A stretch of 64,000 nucleotides of DNA from Podarcis tiliguerta (taxonomy: Eukaryota): the NCBI GenBank assembly GCA_965153285.1, contig OZ229129.1; one strand, written 5' to 3'. Positions 37,801 to 50,026 of the stretch are shown here, piece after piece. The translations under genes were made by a program, and so were the position numbers. Under the pieces are notes generated by a model that worked only from the letters and a program-made list of their open reading frames with translations, ran no database searches and was not told the origin of the DNA. Each line of letters opens with the position of its first letter. Within the stretch, counting starts at the first letter, position 1.

Positions 37801-39434
37801 AATCGGCTTTTGATCTAATACCAAGGGACAGACTCTGGGAAAAGCTTGGTGCTACAAACATAGATAAACGCTTACTACGCCTTATCCGTGGTCTATACGA
37901 AAACACCAGGGTGAGGGTAAGATGCGATCGATCAGGCCATTTAACTAAAGAAATTCAAACGCACTATGGGGTTAAACAAGGACGTGTCCTCGCGCCAACG
38001 CTATTTAATTTCTATATCAACTCTCTAGCAGTAAATATGGTGAAAGAAAATGCCCACCCTCCCAAACTGGCAGGTATGCCCCTTCTGGTGCTTCTGTATG
38101 CGGACGATGCAGTTCTACTCTCCTTTTCCTGCGTTGGCTTGAGGAAGCTTTTGAGATCACTTGCTGACTATTGTCAAGCGGAACAACTATCAATAAATTA
38201 TAGCAAATCTAAAATTATGGTGTTTTCAAAAAAAAAGAAGGAAACACAAATGGAGAATTAATGGACAACCTATTGACCAGGTAGCAACTTTCAAATACCT
38301 GGGAATAACTTTTCAGGAAAGTGTCTCGTGGCACCAACAGATGAAAAATGCCATTGCCAATGCAGGAAGGGCCAATAAAGCCCTCACAAGATTTTTTCAT
38401 GGGAAAGGGGGTAAATACGTTCCGGCGGCCTCCCAGGTTTTTGCTGCAAAAATACTCCCACAACTCACTTATGGATCCCAGGTTTGTAGTTTTAAAAATG
38501 TTGCGTCTATGGAGACATTTCAAAGAAAATTCTATCGGTGTTTATTGGGGATACCCCCCTGCGTATCTAATATAGCTGTCCGCCTAGAAGTTGGACAACC
38601 ACCCATTAACGCGCGGTTGTGGATTCTAAAGATACACTACTGGTTAAAACTTATCTTTTCCCCGGCCGGTTTGGCTCCTTTAACACTCTTAGACACCTTT
38701 CATTCTACCTGGAAAGCTTCCCTGTTTGAAAAGATAAGAAGCTTGGGATTCTCCCTGCAGATCTTGATAGCGGCAGGATATGAGAGAGCCAGAAGTCAAG
38801 TGCTCCAACGCATTAGGGACATAGAGCTGCAATGTCATATGGGCAGAATGGATAAACATGCCACAATCAGAGACTTTGGGAGAGGGTTCTCACCCACAAA
38901 TTATTTGGCTGATTTACAAATACCTAAGTACAGACACTCCCTTACCCTGGCCAGATTTAACGTTCTGCCCTCTGCCCTGCTGCTAGGCAGATACGAGGGC
39001 AAACCATATGAGTCACGCGTTTGCCCATGTGGCTCATCGGAAGTGTAAACAAGTCTGCATGTACTGCTGCACTGTAGTTACTACGAGGATCTACGCCTGA
39101 CCTATATTGCCCCAGTCCTACAAAAGTTTAAAAATGAATCAGAACTCCAACGTATGAGAACCTTGGTAGAAGATAAGGTTCCTGAAATTACGATCAATGT
39201 TGCCAAATTCTGCATAGCCGCTATTAGGCACGGGAAACAAGAGCTTTCCAATGTCAGTATGCAGGCAAATGCTTAATTCTACTCATGCTGCCTAATTTTA
39301 AATTGCTGTTATGGCCTAATCTGTATTGAAATTGTCCTTTGTTTTCTCTGGTGTTATGTTTCACTGACTAGCTGTACGAGTTAATCTGGTCTGTGACCGT
39401 TTAATAAAATTTGATTTGATTTTTATGTTGGGTG
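34815..39434 (+). mobile_element. RTE-X-like LINE, internally deleted, with TSD
   Basis: Endonuclease LAGDLNAR, IDYVLV, SDH; RT YRPISLL, QAGFR, GVKQG, LYADD; C-terminal CPC..H...C; (ATTTG)n tail. TSD CAACCCCTCAAG at 34803-34814 and 39435-39446; empty paralogous site at about 6304-6316. Clade name is the least certain part. Confidence 0.88.
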
Positions 39435-41429
39435 CAACCCCTCAAGTCAGGTTATACAGTCAGTGCAAATATTTTGGTACTGCAATTGTACTATTGTTCT
39501 TTTTAAAATATAAAATTGCAGGTTTCCCCACAGTTTCTGTACGTACATTAGCTATATGTACACTTCTCCCTCTTTCTACGCCAGGATTGTCTGACAAACA
39601 CGCCATCAGGTGGTACAGCCACACAGCTCAAACCCTGCTATTAAAGAACTCCTGTCAAGACACTTCTGAAGTGGCCTGCAAGTATTTCACTGAACTGCCA
39701 GTCAGTGCCTACTTTTGGAACACTGGCCACCTCCAGAAAGTGTGCAATTCCAGAAAGGGCATCAACCCAGTTTGATCCAGCAGCAGCTCCTATGCAGCCG
39801 CCTGCTGTCACTTGGATCAGAGACAAGACAACAAACAAGAAAAAGGTGTTTGCAACTGAGAACATTGGCTGGAACATGGTGGGTGGGTGTGGTTGTCTGT
39901 CTTCCCAGGCTCCTTATGCTCCCCATTTACTCCTCCTTGCCCTACAACTCTCATCATAACAGGTTTCCAAACAAATAAACAACTTTTAACCAAGAAGAAG
40001 GAACCAGAATGATTGGCAACTCAAACTAGAGCAAAATCCTCAGTTTTTTAAACCACATCTTAAGCCAGCCTATGGGACCAGACAATTAATTTGGCTCAGG
40101 GTGCAGGTAGCCGAGTGGGACATACAACACCTGACCACACAGTGAGAAAACCTGACCACACAGTGATAAGGAAATGGGACTGGCCAGTGGGGCAAAGATG
40201 GAGGAGAAATGGGGAGGAGGAGATGGAGGAGAAATTTGGGGGAAACTGGTGGAGACAATAGCGGCAGGGAAGCTACAAGAATTATGGGAAAACACAGATA
40301 ATTAAATGCATTCCCATCTGGGTTGAATCCTGGCCATGGGGGCTCAATCCCACCAATATTGAGGGGGCCAACATCCCCCGTTGGGTTGTTGTTATGGGGA
40401 AGCAAATGACAGCCACCATCAGTTGCAAGAGACACACCATAGGGATCCAAGCGGGAAATGCGACAGATGTGGAAGGTCACATCGAGAGATATAACTTCAC
40501 AGAGAAGGGGAACTGGCAAGGAAAATGGCTGGCTAGTCGTAGATGAGGTAGAGGAATGGGAAACATTCAATGTATCCATCTGTAGATCATTTGCATGCTG
40601 CAGGGCTTCAAACAATGTTTCTAAACAAGTAAACAAAAAATAAATAAAAAGTTTCTTTCATGGTAACATTAGCATTGTATACAGAAACAATGGGTTCCTT
40701 TCATATCTTTATGTATTGGCTTATTTAAATATTTGCACTTTCCCTCTCCTTTCCTTCTGAAAAGCTCAAAGCAGCTAATAAAAATCAAACCATGATTTAG
40801 CAATTGAGAATATTTGTTAGGAAAGCAGCAGCAGAGATAACCTCCTCTCCTCCCCTTCTCTTTACTTATTTGCTTCCATTTTAAGGGGGGGAAGAGAAGC
40901 ATGCATGTGTGAAAAGCAATGTTGTCCAATGAAATTTGATATTGTGTCACACCAGGCCCACAGATTTTTCCAGAAAAATTCAATGGTGCATAGCGGGCTA
41001 TCAGCCCGTGTGTAGTTCAGATTCTGCAGTTTTATTGCACCCAAATGGCAGAACATTCAGAGTGCTCCTTGCAGGCGTGTCTTAAACTTTAATACCATGG
41101 GGCTCTAACCATTTGTGCCATATGACCAAGTAAGGGATCTTTCCAACTGCAGCAGCCCCATTTCTGTTGTAAAAGATGGAAAAAACACAGTTCCCTGGCA
41201 GAACAGGTAATGTCGTGTGAAAGAAACATTGGAAAAAAATAACAGAAGCTCTAACAAAATAATCAGGAAATCCAAAGCAATAATCACCACTTCTGATAAA
41301 GTCTATGGTGCAAAACCATTAAAACCGGTACTGAGAAGAAATATATTTGTGTTATAATTGATTATGTTTCTAGGTATTTGGGCTATTATCCTGCCCAACC
41401 CTGCTGTAGATCCCCTAATGAAATATTGT

Positions 41430-41760
41430 TGCCTAATATCTAATGACCTAATATCAAAGACAAGAAAAATCTATTCCTTTACACAACAGCAGCTGCCAGA
41501 ATATCCCATCACTATTAGAATGGCAAAACAAACTCGGCGAGTTTGTAGAAACGGCAAAATTGACGGCAATTATTAGAGGCCACTCAAATAAGAGAATAAT
41601 TAGAGAGTGGGATGGAGTGAAAAAATATGGTTCTGGAATTGAAATATTAATAGAGAATGTGTAAAACGTGCAGGGTAAGCAAGAAAATAATAATAAAATC
41701 AACTGAATAATTATTAAATTATAACAACACAACAAGATGGAAGAAGTAAAATATTGAGAT
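41430..41760 (+). mobile_element. L1 3' end module (copy about 58740-59090)
   Basis: ISNDIPKDKKNLFL.TTAARI...KWDGVKEYMKKHGSGI (58.7 kb copy) parallels the end of the 14.1 kb L1. Confidence 0.7.
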
Positions 41761-43283
41761 CACACATGGGTGAAGGGGAGTGGGGGGTATATGGGAACCT
41801 ATAATATCATTTATAATATAATCTGTTAATTGCGTTGTATTTACATAGAGCAAAGGGAAGCCTAGAGCAACTAGATATATTTTAAATTAGGTAATCTATG
41901 TAATAGGCTTGTGTTAGAAAATGAGTATGGATTTTGAATTTGATGTTTGAAATATTTTTTGGTTTTGAAATAAAAATTAAAAAAAGAAAAAGAAACCATT
42001 TGCAGCCCCTGGAATCAGCCAGCAAGTGATCCACAAGAGCCAGATTCTGGATTTGAAGAATTCCAAGCACATTTATCTTCATTTTTCATTCTGGCCAAAA
42101 TTATGCCAATAACCTGGGTGAAGTGGGGGGTTTATTGGAACCTATAATATCATTTATAATATAAACTGTTAATTGCGTTGTATTTTAAATTGGGTTTTAG
42201 AAGTAATAAGTCTATTATTTTTGTATGTTTTTTTCTTTAGTATTGTAATGTATATTTTGTGTGTGTGTTATATGTTACATTTGTGATAAATGTTGAAAAT
42301 TAATTTTAAAAATTGGGGGGGGGGGAGAAGAAGTTAACCCATCAGGTGGGGAGAGCCGGTTGCAAGGGACATGGGGAACCCTTGCACCTTTTCTGCAGGG
42401 CTTGCGCAGGGCTTGCGCATCTGCATTGTCTGCAAGAGGTCAAAAGAGCACAGCGAACATGAACTCATTAATCTGGACCAGGTATACAATGGAAATTGAA
42501 TAATGTTGTATAAAAAGGATAATATAAGAGCATTTAGTTAGAAGACTTTGAAATTGAGGTAAAATAATGTAAGCAGAATTAGTAAATGCTTAAAGAACCA
42601 GAAGGGGAAGTTGAGGGGAGTCTTTGGGTGGGGGAAGAACTGGATTTTATTTCATCCTTTTCTCTTCTTATGTTTAAGATGATTGTGCTGATTTTAACAT
42701 TGTATAACTGTAAAACCCAATTAAAAAAAATTTAAAAGGAAGAGGAAGAGGAGGAATACTAACACTCAACTTTATGATCAATGAAAATATTTGCTACTGC
42801 AAAGGTAGCATTTCTGTTTTTAAAATATATACATGGGGCTTTTTTGCAAAGAGAAGCATTTTCTGCGTGCACACAGTTGAGAATCAACCAGGCTGGCAAG
42901 CAAGGGGCAGTATCTCGAGGTTGTTTGCTTGCTTCTCCCGCCTTAAGGAAGGAAATCTTGCACTTCTGCAAATCCCTGCTGGTTTCTCCTCCTTTATGGC
43001 CATGAAAAGAATCAGACCCGTCAGATCAGTCAGGATCTGCTAGGAAGCAAGCTGCGTGCTGCCTCTCTGATCAGAGCCTCACCATCACCCAGGGAACGAA
43101 CAACAGAACGAAGCCCCTCGGCCAGTGACTCCTGCTGCACAGGCCTTCAATAAAATGCGATGAGTCTTGCCAAAACAAGAAAACCAGAGCCCGGCTCAGG
43201 AGGAGCCCAAGAACCTCCTTTACGACATGAATGACTGCTACTCCAAGCTGCGCGAGCTGGTGCCGAGGATCCCGCAAGGCCCC

Positions 43284-43613
43284 TGTTATGTACTGAGTTG
43301 AATAGGATCCAAACTGCAGCAGTCTGATTGGTCCTAGAACAATAGGATTCAGAATGCATCAGTTTGATTGGTCCTAGAACAATGCAGCAGTCTGATTGGT
43401 TGGCAGGAACCACCCAATCATGCTCCAGATATAAGTGAATCCACAACCTGATTGGCTTACAGTAGAATTCCAGAATTAGCCAATCATGTGCAGCCCATTG
43501 TGTAAATAATGTATATAAAGCAGATACTTTGAGGGGACATTCATTCATTCCTCCTCACCACTATGAGCTGAATAAAGAGCATGAAATCACTTTGCGACTC
43601 TGAGTATATTTCA
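43284..43613 (+). repeat. 5' LTR (330 bp)
   Basis: Repeated ATTGG/CCAAT boxes, TATATAAA at about 43513, AATAAA at about 43571. Confidence 0.97.
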
Positions 43614-43738
43614 CTGGCGACGAAGGTGGGATCCCGCTGAGCTGACTGCCACACACCGCACCGCAGCACCGCCACCTGCCGCACCGCTGCCTCGCACCGT
43701 GTATCTAGGCTTCAGCTCCGGGACACAAGGAACTCAGA

Positions 43739-46700
43739 ATGGCAACCAACAGCAGCTTCTCGCCGTTCAACCCAGCATCTGGAGACTGGGAAGCGAATGC
43801 CTCTCGTTTCACCTTCCTCCTAGAAGCCAAAGGGGTCACCGATGAAGAAGACGCCAAGAAGAGGGCAATATTCTTCAGCGTCTGCGGAGAGGAGACGTTT
43901 GAAATCGCCCGGGCTCTCCTTGCGCCTGAAGACGTCGCTACAGTTCCATACAAAACAATAATGGAACAGCTGAAGGGGCACTTTTCGCCACAGCCCTCAG
44001 TGGTGGCTCGTCGAAATGCCTTCTACGCAAAACGGCAAGCCCCTGGGGAAACCATAACTGGGTTTGTGACCTCTCTCCGCCAAGCCGCCCGGTTCTGCAA
44101 CTTCTCAGAGCTGGAGAACATGCTTCGTGACCGCCTCGTCGGTGGCCTGAGGGATGAGAAGCTGCAACGACGCCTCTACGCTAAGAAGAACCTAACGTTC
44201 CAGGTCGCTCTGGAGGAGGCCCTGGCAACGGAAGCTGCTGAGAAGTCGACGCAAGAGGCACGGCCGAGCCAGCCGTCCCAACCGAGGGTCCACCACGAAG
44301 ACCTCACCGACGACTCAGGATCCAACAGGGAGGAGGTGCACCGAGTACAGCAGCGCACTCAAGCAGCCCACATACCACAGCTGCCTCGACGAGAAGGAGG
44401 GAACTGCGCAAGCTGTGGAGAAAGTCACGAGAGGAGGACCTGCCGTTTCCGCAACGCAGAGTGCAGGCAGTGTAGAAAATCGGGACACATCGCCCGGGTG
44501 TGTCGGGCTCGGCCCACCCGACGCCAGGCATCAGATGACCAATCCAAGAGCCCCAGGTCCCGGGGCCCAACGCACCAAGGAAACTCAACGGAGCTCACGG
44601 ACTTCCAGGTATACCAGTTGCCCCACCCCAACGTAGAGAAAATTCATGTAGAGGTACAGATAGAGGGGGCCCCATGCCGCATGGAGCTTGACACGGGTTC
44701 AAATCTATCCATAATCTCGGCAAGGACCTTAAGGAAACTGTGTCCTACTGGGGGTCCCAAACTCAGGCCGGCCCCATTCACCCTCCGGGACTTCCAGAAA
44801 CGTAAGGTCCCCACAATGGGGGTGGGGACCTTCAGGGTGCAATACCGAGGGCGGACGCGGCAACTGGACTTGCTTGTGGTCAAGGGCCCCTACATTAGCT
44901 TACTGGGATTGGCATGGTTTGGACCACTGGGGCTAGCCGTCACCGGGGTGAACAACACTAGCTTACAAGTGGACGTGGACGCCATATGCAAGGAATTTCC
45001 GGGGGTTTTTGATGGGAAATTGGGACAGTATACGGGCCCCCCCGTTGCTCTACAGCTTGACCCCGCAGTACGACCAGTCAGGCTCAAGGCCCGCCGGGTC
45101 CCGTTCGCCCTGAAACCCCGTATAGATGAGGAATTGGACCAGCTCGTGGAGCAAGGAGTGCTGGAGCCGGTGCCTAATGCCCCCTGGGAAACCCCAATCG
45201 TCACACCCGTCAAGCCTAATGGTTCGGTCCGCATCTGCGCAGACTACAAATGTACCATAAACAAGGCCCTCACGGCCCATGCATACCCAGTGCCAGTGGT
45301 CAGCCATGTCCTTGCCACCCTGGCTGGGTCGAAAATTTTTGGCAAGCTGGACTTGGCCCAAGCATATCAACAGCTACCAGTAGATGAGGCCACAGCAGAG
45401 GCACAGACGATTGTGACGCACAGAGGAGCGTTCCGGGTAAAGCGGCTGCAATTCGGCGTCAGCGTGGCACCAGGCATATTCCAGAACCTAATGGACTCTC
45501 TCCTTAAAGGAATTCCTGGCGTCACCCCCTTCTTCGATGATGTGTTGATTGCCGGGCCCACACCAGAGGAGTTTGAGGACCGCCTCCGCACCGTTCTGCA
45601 CCGTTTCCAGACGGCGGGTCTCAAGGTGAAGCGGGAAAAATGTCTACTAGGAGTGCCTCAGGTGGACTTTCTGGGGTTTATGGTGGACGCAGAAGGGGTC
45701 CACCCGACTGGGGACAAGGTACGGGCCATTTGTGATGCCCCAGCGCCCAAGAACAAGACTGAACTTCAGGCCTTCTTGGGACTATTGAACCTTTACCATT
45801 CCTTCCTTCCCCACAAAGCGGCGGTAGCAGAGCCCCTACACAGACTTCTGGACAAGCGGGCCCCTTGGGTGTGGGGCCAGCGCCAGGAGGCTGCATTCCA
45901 GGCAGTCAAGGACTTGCTTGTCTCAAACTCGGTCTTGGCACACTTCGACGAGAGGCTGCCGGTGGTGCTAGCATGCGACGCCTCACCCTATGGCATTGGC
46001 GCTGTCCTGGGACACCAACTCCCAGATGGAAGAGAGGTACCAGTAGCATACTTTTCCCAGACACTCAGCGCAACCGAACGGAACTACTCACAAATAGACA
46101 AGGAGGGGCTGGCAATTGTGAAGGGAGTAAAAAAATTCCATGATTTCTTGTACGGGCGGCCCTTCACCGTGGTGACTGACCACAAGCCGTTGCTTGGCTT
46201 GTTTGCCCCCGAAAAGCAGACCCCCCAAGTGCTGTCTCCTCGCGTCCTCAGGTGGTCAATTTTCCTTGCCAGCTACCAGTATGCACTGATTCACCGACCT
46301 GGGAAGGCGATGGGCCATGCGGACGCCCTCAGCAGGCTACCACTACCGGAAACAGGCCCCGACCCAGCACCTGCACAAGAGGTTATGAGCCTGGAGCTGC
46401 TTCCCGACCGCCCCATTCAGGCACAAGAAGTTGCACACCATTCCAAGAAAGACAGGGTCATCTCCTGGGTCCTGGACTGGGTGTGGAGGGGATGGCCCAG
46501 CAACAGCCCTGGGCCAGAATTCGCTGGCTACACAACCCGCAAACATGAACTGTCGGCCCACAAGGGGTGCCTGTTATGGGGAAGCAGGGTCGTTGTTCCC
46601 CAGCCCCTCCGCAAAAGGGTCCTCACAGCCCTACACGAGACACACCCAGGGGTAGTAAGAATGAAGGCCCTGGCCAGGAGTTATGTGTGGTGGCCGGGGA

Positions 46701-47815
46701 TCGACGGAGAGATAGAGGCCTGGGTCAAACACTGCCAGGCCTGCCAAGAATCCCGCCCAGATCCCCCAAGGGCCCCAGTCCAGTCCTGGGAGTCCGCCCG
46801 AGCACCATGGTCACGCCTGCATGTGGACTTCGCTGGCCCCTTTCAGGGGAAAACATTCTTCATAGTGGTGGACTCCTACACCAAATGGCTGGAAGTCGCA
46901 CTGGTACCGTCCACTTCTACATCCGCAGCCATCCGGGTACTACGCAGGCTGTTTGCAACCCACGGGCTCCCTGACACTCTTGTCTCAGACAACGGGACTG
47001 CATTCACGTCAGGAGAATTCCAAACCTTCACAGCGCAGAACGCCATCCGCCACATCCGTTCGGCGCCATTCCACCCTGCCACCAATGGCCAAGCAGAACG
47101 CATGGTGCGGACCACCAAGGACACCCTTCGCCGCATGACGCAAGGGGATTGGGAGTACCGCCTTGCCACATTCCTCCTAGCACAGCACAGCACCCCCAGC
47201 TCAACGACTGGCCGGAGCCCCGCTGAACTACTAATGGGTCGGCGCCTTGCAATCAGATTGGACCGCCTTCACCCCGATAGAGCTCAGGATGAGGTAGTGG
47301 TGGGGGAAGGCAGGAACCCCCAGACCTTCGAGGCCCAGGACCCAGTGTACGCAAAGAATTTTGGGGCAGGCCCAGCATGGGTACCCGCCACAGTCACCAG
47401 GGTCACTGGCCCCGTGTCATACGAGGTGCTAACGGATGGGGGGCAATGCTGGCGCCGCCACTGCGACCAGATACGGCGACGATTCCCGGGAGAAAACCAG
47501 GAGGAGGAAAGGTCAGAGGAGTCCCAAGGGAACAGAGCGGCAGTGAGGCCCATAGAGCAGGAGGGGCCAGCAGGAGAGGCAGAATCAGTAAATACAGAGA
47601 GGACCCGCGAGGCCGAAAGGACACCGGAACCAGAACCACGACTGAGCGAGCCAGTTGCGCCAGACCAAACAGGCCCATCACAGCCAGCATCCTTGGAACA
47701 CGAGCCAGAACCTGAACCCCGGACCAGGGAACACCACAGGCCGCAACGCACACGTAGGCCGCCGGCGTACCTCGAGGACTATGAATGTGACCTCCCGGGC
47801 AGGACTGGAACTTAG
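43739..47815 (+). CDS. Gag-Pol polyprotein, 1358 aa, uninterrupted
   Basis: Two CCHC knuckles (CASCGESHERRTC, CRQCRKSGHIARVC), protease LDTGS, RT LDLAQAYQQ and FFDD, RNase H CDAS, integrase HETH..CQAC and D..SDNG..E. Confidence 0.97.
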   Translation: MATNSSFSPFNPASGDWEANASRFTFLLEAKGVTDEEDAKKRAIFFSVCGEETFEIARALLAPEDVATVPYKTIMEQLKGHFSPQPSVVARRNAFYAKRQAPGETITGFVTSLRQAARFCNFSELENMLRDRLVGGLRDEKLQRRLYAKKNLTFQVALEEALATEAAEKSTQEARPSQPSQPRVHHEDLTDDSGSNREEVHRVQQRTQAAHIPQLPRREGGNCASCGESHERRTCRFRNAECRQCRKSGHIARVCRARPTRRQASDDQSKSPRSRGPTHQGNSTELTDFQVYQLPHPNVEKIHVEVQIEGAPCRMELDTGSNLSIISARTLRKLCPTGGPKLRPAPFTLRDFQKRKVPTMGVGTFRVQYRGRTRQLDLLVVKGPYISLLGLAWFGPLGLAVTGVNNTSLQVDVDAICKEFPGVFDGKLGQYTGPPVALQLDPAVRPVRLKARRVPFALKPRIDEELDQLVEQGVLEPVPNAPWETPIVTPVKPNGSVRICADYKCTINKALTAHAYPVPVVSHVLATLAGSKIFGKLDLAQAYQQLPVDEATAEAQTIVTHRGAFRVKRLQFGVSVAPGIFQNLMDSLLKGIPGVTPFFDDVLIAGPTPEEFEDRLRTVLHRFQTAGLKVKREKCLLGVPQVDFLGFMVDAEGVHPTGDKVRAICDAPAPKNKTELQAFLGLLNLYHSFLPHKAAVAEPLHRLLDKRAPWVWGQRQEAAFQAVKDLLVSNSVLAHFDERLPVVLACDASPYGIGAVLGHQLPDGREVPVAYFSQTLSATERNYSQIDKEGLAIVKGVKKFHDFLYGRPFTVVTDHKPLLGLFAPEKQTPQVLSPRVLRWSIFLASYQYALIHRPGKAMGHADALSRLPLPETGPDPAPAQEVMSLELLPDRPIQAQEVAHHSKKDRVISWVLDWVWRGWPSNSPGPEFAGYTTRKHELSAHKGCLLWGSRVVVPQPLRKRVLTALHETHPGVVRMKALARSYVWWPGIDGEIEAWVKHCQACQESRPDPPRAPVQSWESARAPWSRLHVDFAGPFQGKTFFIVVDSYTKWLEVALVPSTSTSAAIRVLRRLFATHGLPDTLVSDNGTAFTSGEFQTFTAQNAIRHIRSAPFHPATNGQAERMVRTTKDTLRRMTQGDWEYRLATFLLAQHSTPSSTTGRSPAELLMGRRLAIRLDRLHPDRAQDEVVVGEGRNPQTFEAQDPVYAKNFGAGPAWVPATVTRVTGPVSYEVLTDGGQCWRRHCDQIRRRFPGENQEEERSEESQGNRAAVRPIEQEGPAGEAESVNTERTREAERTPEPEPRLSEPVAPDQTGPSQPASLEHEPEPEPRTREHHRPQRTRRPPAYLEDYECDLPGRTGT

Positions 47816-47825
47816 AGGGGAGGGG

Positions 47826-48195
47826 TGTTATGTACTGAGTTGAATAGGATCCAAACTGCAGCAGTCTGATTGGTCCTAGAACAATAGGATCCAAATCGCA
47901 GCAGTCTGATTGGTCCTAGAACAATAGGATTCAGAATGCATCAGTTTGATTGGTCCTAGAACAATGCAGCAGTCTGATTGGTTGGCAGGAACCACCCAAT
48001 CATGCTCCAGATATAAGTGAATCCACAACCTGATTGGCTTACAGTAGAATTCCAGAATTAGCCAATCATGTGCAGCCCATTGTGTAAATAATGTATATAA
48101 AGCAGATACTTTGAGGGGACATTCATTCATTCCTCCTCACCACTATGAGCTGAATAAAGAGCATGAAATCACTTTGCGACTCTGAGTATATTTCA
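47826..48195 (+). repeat. 3' LTR (370 bp)
   Basis: Matches the 5' LTR except for one extra 40-bp unit. Confidence 0.97.
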
Positions 48196-48651
48196 GCCCC
48201 AAAGTTAGCAAAGTGGAAATCTTGCAGCACGTTATCGACTATATCTTTGACCTGCAGATCGTGCTAGAGGAGCAGGCGAAGAAGGGGCAAGATCCGCCCA
48301 CAGCTGAGACTTCCCTACTCTCTTTAAAAGCTGCAGAGCGGGCATCCAAACTTTGCTCAAAAGAGGAGAGGAATTCTCTGCCACTAACCTCTTAAAACAG
48401 ACTGGCACTTGGTTCACTCCAGTGAGACAGGAGATAGAAGAGAGAGAGAATAAAGACCTGAACAGGGGAAAGGATCAGATGTTTTAACCCCGTGCATCTA
48501 GTAATGGAGAGGACTCCATATTCTCTTCCAGATAAATTGTAGAACAATTTGGAAGGAAGTAGACTCCACCATGGGAGCAGGGCCGGGACGGGAGAGTGCT
48601 AGAGTCCTGTCTAGTCATGTTATATGGGATCAATTCCAATCTGTTATCTCT

Positions 48652-48732
48652 TAGGATGCAGACAGGCTGCTTGGACGAGTGAAACCAACCACCTGTCTTC
48701 TTGATCCTTGTCCATCCAGGCTGATAAAAGCA
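48652..48732 (+). mobile_element. L2 ORF2 fragment
   Basis: [25 protein letters not shown], the L2 pre-RT TTC.LDPCP motif. Confidence 0.8.
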
Positions 48733-49097
48733 AGCCGGGAACAATGATGCCCTGTGCCAGGCCAAACAAGAAGCGAATGAGTACCGCAGGCAAATTCAGA
48801 GTCTCACCTGTGAAGTGGATGCGCTTAAAGGAACTAATGAATCCCTTGAACGTCACATGCGTGAGATGGAGGAGAACTTTAACCTTGAAGCTGCTAACTA
48901 CCAAGACAACATTACCCAATTCCAGGAAGTGATCCAAAACATGAAGGAAGAAATGGCTCGCCATCGGCACGAGTACCAAGACCTGCTGAATGTAGAGATG
49001 GCTTTTGATATTGAGATTGCCACCTACAGGAAACTGCTGGAAGGAGAAGAGAGGAGAATCACAATGCCCATTCCGACTTTTGCATCCCTGAACCTGA
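48730..49097 (+). pseudogene. VIM: Processed vimentin fragment (coil 2 to start of tail)
   Basis: [47 protein letters not shown]...[30 protein letters not shown] crosses two vimentin exon junctions without introns. Confidence 0.95.
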
Positions 49098-50026
49098 CTT
49101 GTCCTGTTCTCATATTGGAGACAGCCTCCCACCTCCTTCTTCCCAACCTGTGGAAGGACCAGACTCAAATTCCTCACCTCTTGACCCCTCAGCAAAACCC
49201 AAGCTACAACCCCAGGGTGAAGAGGAAACATCAACCCCACAAGTCATGTGCCCTTAACTAAGTTTTACAGTCAGAGGCTGCTATCTAAAGAAGTATCTCC
49301 CATTTCTAGGAAGGCCACTTCAACTTCATCTAGCACTCAGTTGCTTTCTTCACTGTCTTCCCAGTGCTCTCGGGCAAGCTCTACGGGCTCACTGACATAC
49401 CTGAGGTCCATAGACTATGCTGCCAGCCACAAGACAGACTATTTCCGCAAACTGAACACAGAGAGGGAACTGCACTACTTTGTCATCCAGTTCAAGCTGA
49501 ATCACATGGTTTCCATGCTGTCTAGGAGGGGCAACAAGGCAGAAAACTGCACAGGCTGCCGCCCAGTGAGGTGCAACTTAAAGCCTAGGCAGCGGATCAG
49601 CAAGAGCCTCGTAAACCTCAGAGACTTTGCACTGTATTCATCAAATGTCTGCTTCTGAGAAATGGGATCGTGAGAACTTGTACACATAATTGCCATACAG
49701 GGGGTGATGCTGGCTTGGTGGTGGTTGCTTTTTTAACTTGGCTGCCCAGCCATCTTGGTGATACTGCAAGCCTTTCTCAGGCTTTGACATGCCATGGAGA
49801 AGAATGGTTTGGAATGCCAACCAATATACACATTTTACCTTGTGGCACAAAGGTAGCCATCACATGGAAACACCTTCACGTTGCTCTTTGTGGCTTACAT
49901 TTTGTGTGTGTCACTTGTAAGTGCTCCGGGCTTCACACTTGGTCAATTCTGTACTGCCCTTACAAATGTTGCTCTTTTGGTCTGAGATATCATGGGCTAA
50001 CTTGGTTTCATAAAGGGACTATAATA

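Larger units (their letters stand above)
43284..48195 (+). mobile_element. Full-length Gypsy (Mag-like) LTR retrotransposon
   Basis: TG...CA LTRs at 43284-43613 and 47826-48195; PBS TGGCGACGA at 43615; PPT AGAGGGGAGGGG at 47814-47825; TSD GCCCC at 43279-43283 and 48196-48200. Confidence 0.98.
43002..48387 (+). pseudogene. ID3: Processed ID3 pseudogene split by a Gypsy element
   Basis: [45 protein letters not shown] | KVSKVEILQHVIDYIFDLQIVLEE..LLSLKAAE..LCSKEER..CH* matches sauropsid ID3. No intron at LK/AAE; stop and frameshifts present. Confidence 0.93.

Noticed and set aside
40185-40500. Module reading QIIKCIPIWVESWPWGLNPPNIEGANIPRWVVVMGK as retroviral Env SU
   Set aside because: The frame is mostly open but I recognised no diagnostic motif, so it is left unidentified.
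44176-47894. Many antisense or alternate-frame ORFs inside the Gypsy
   Set aside because: Shadows of a GC-rich coding sequence.
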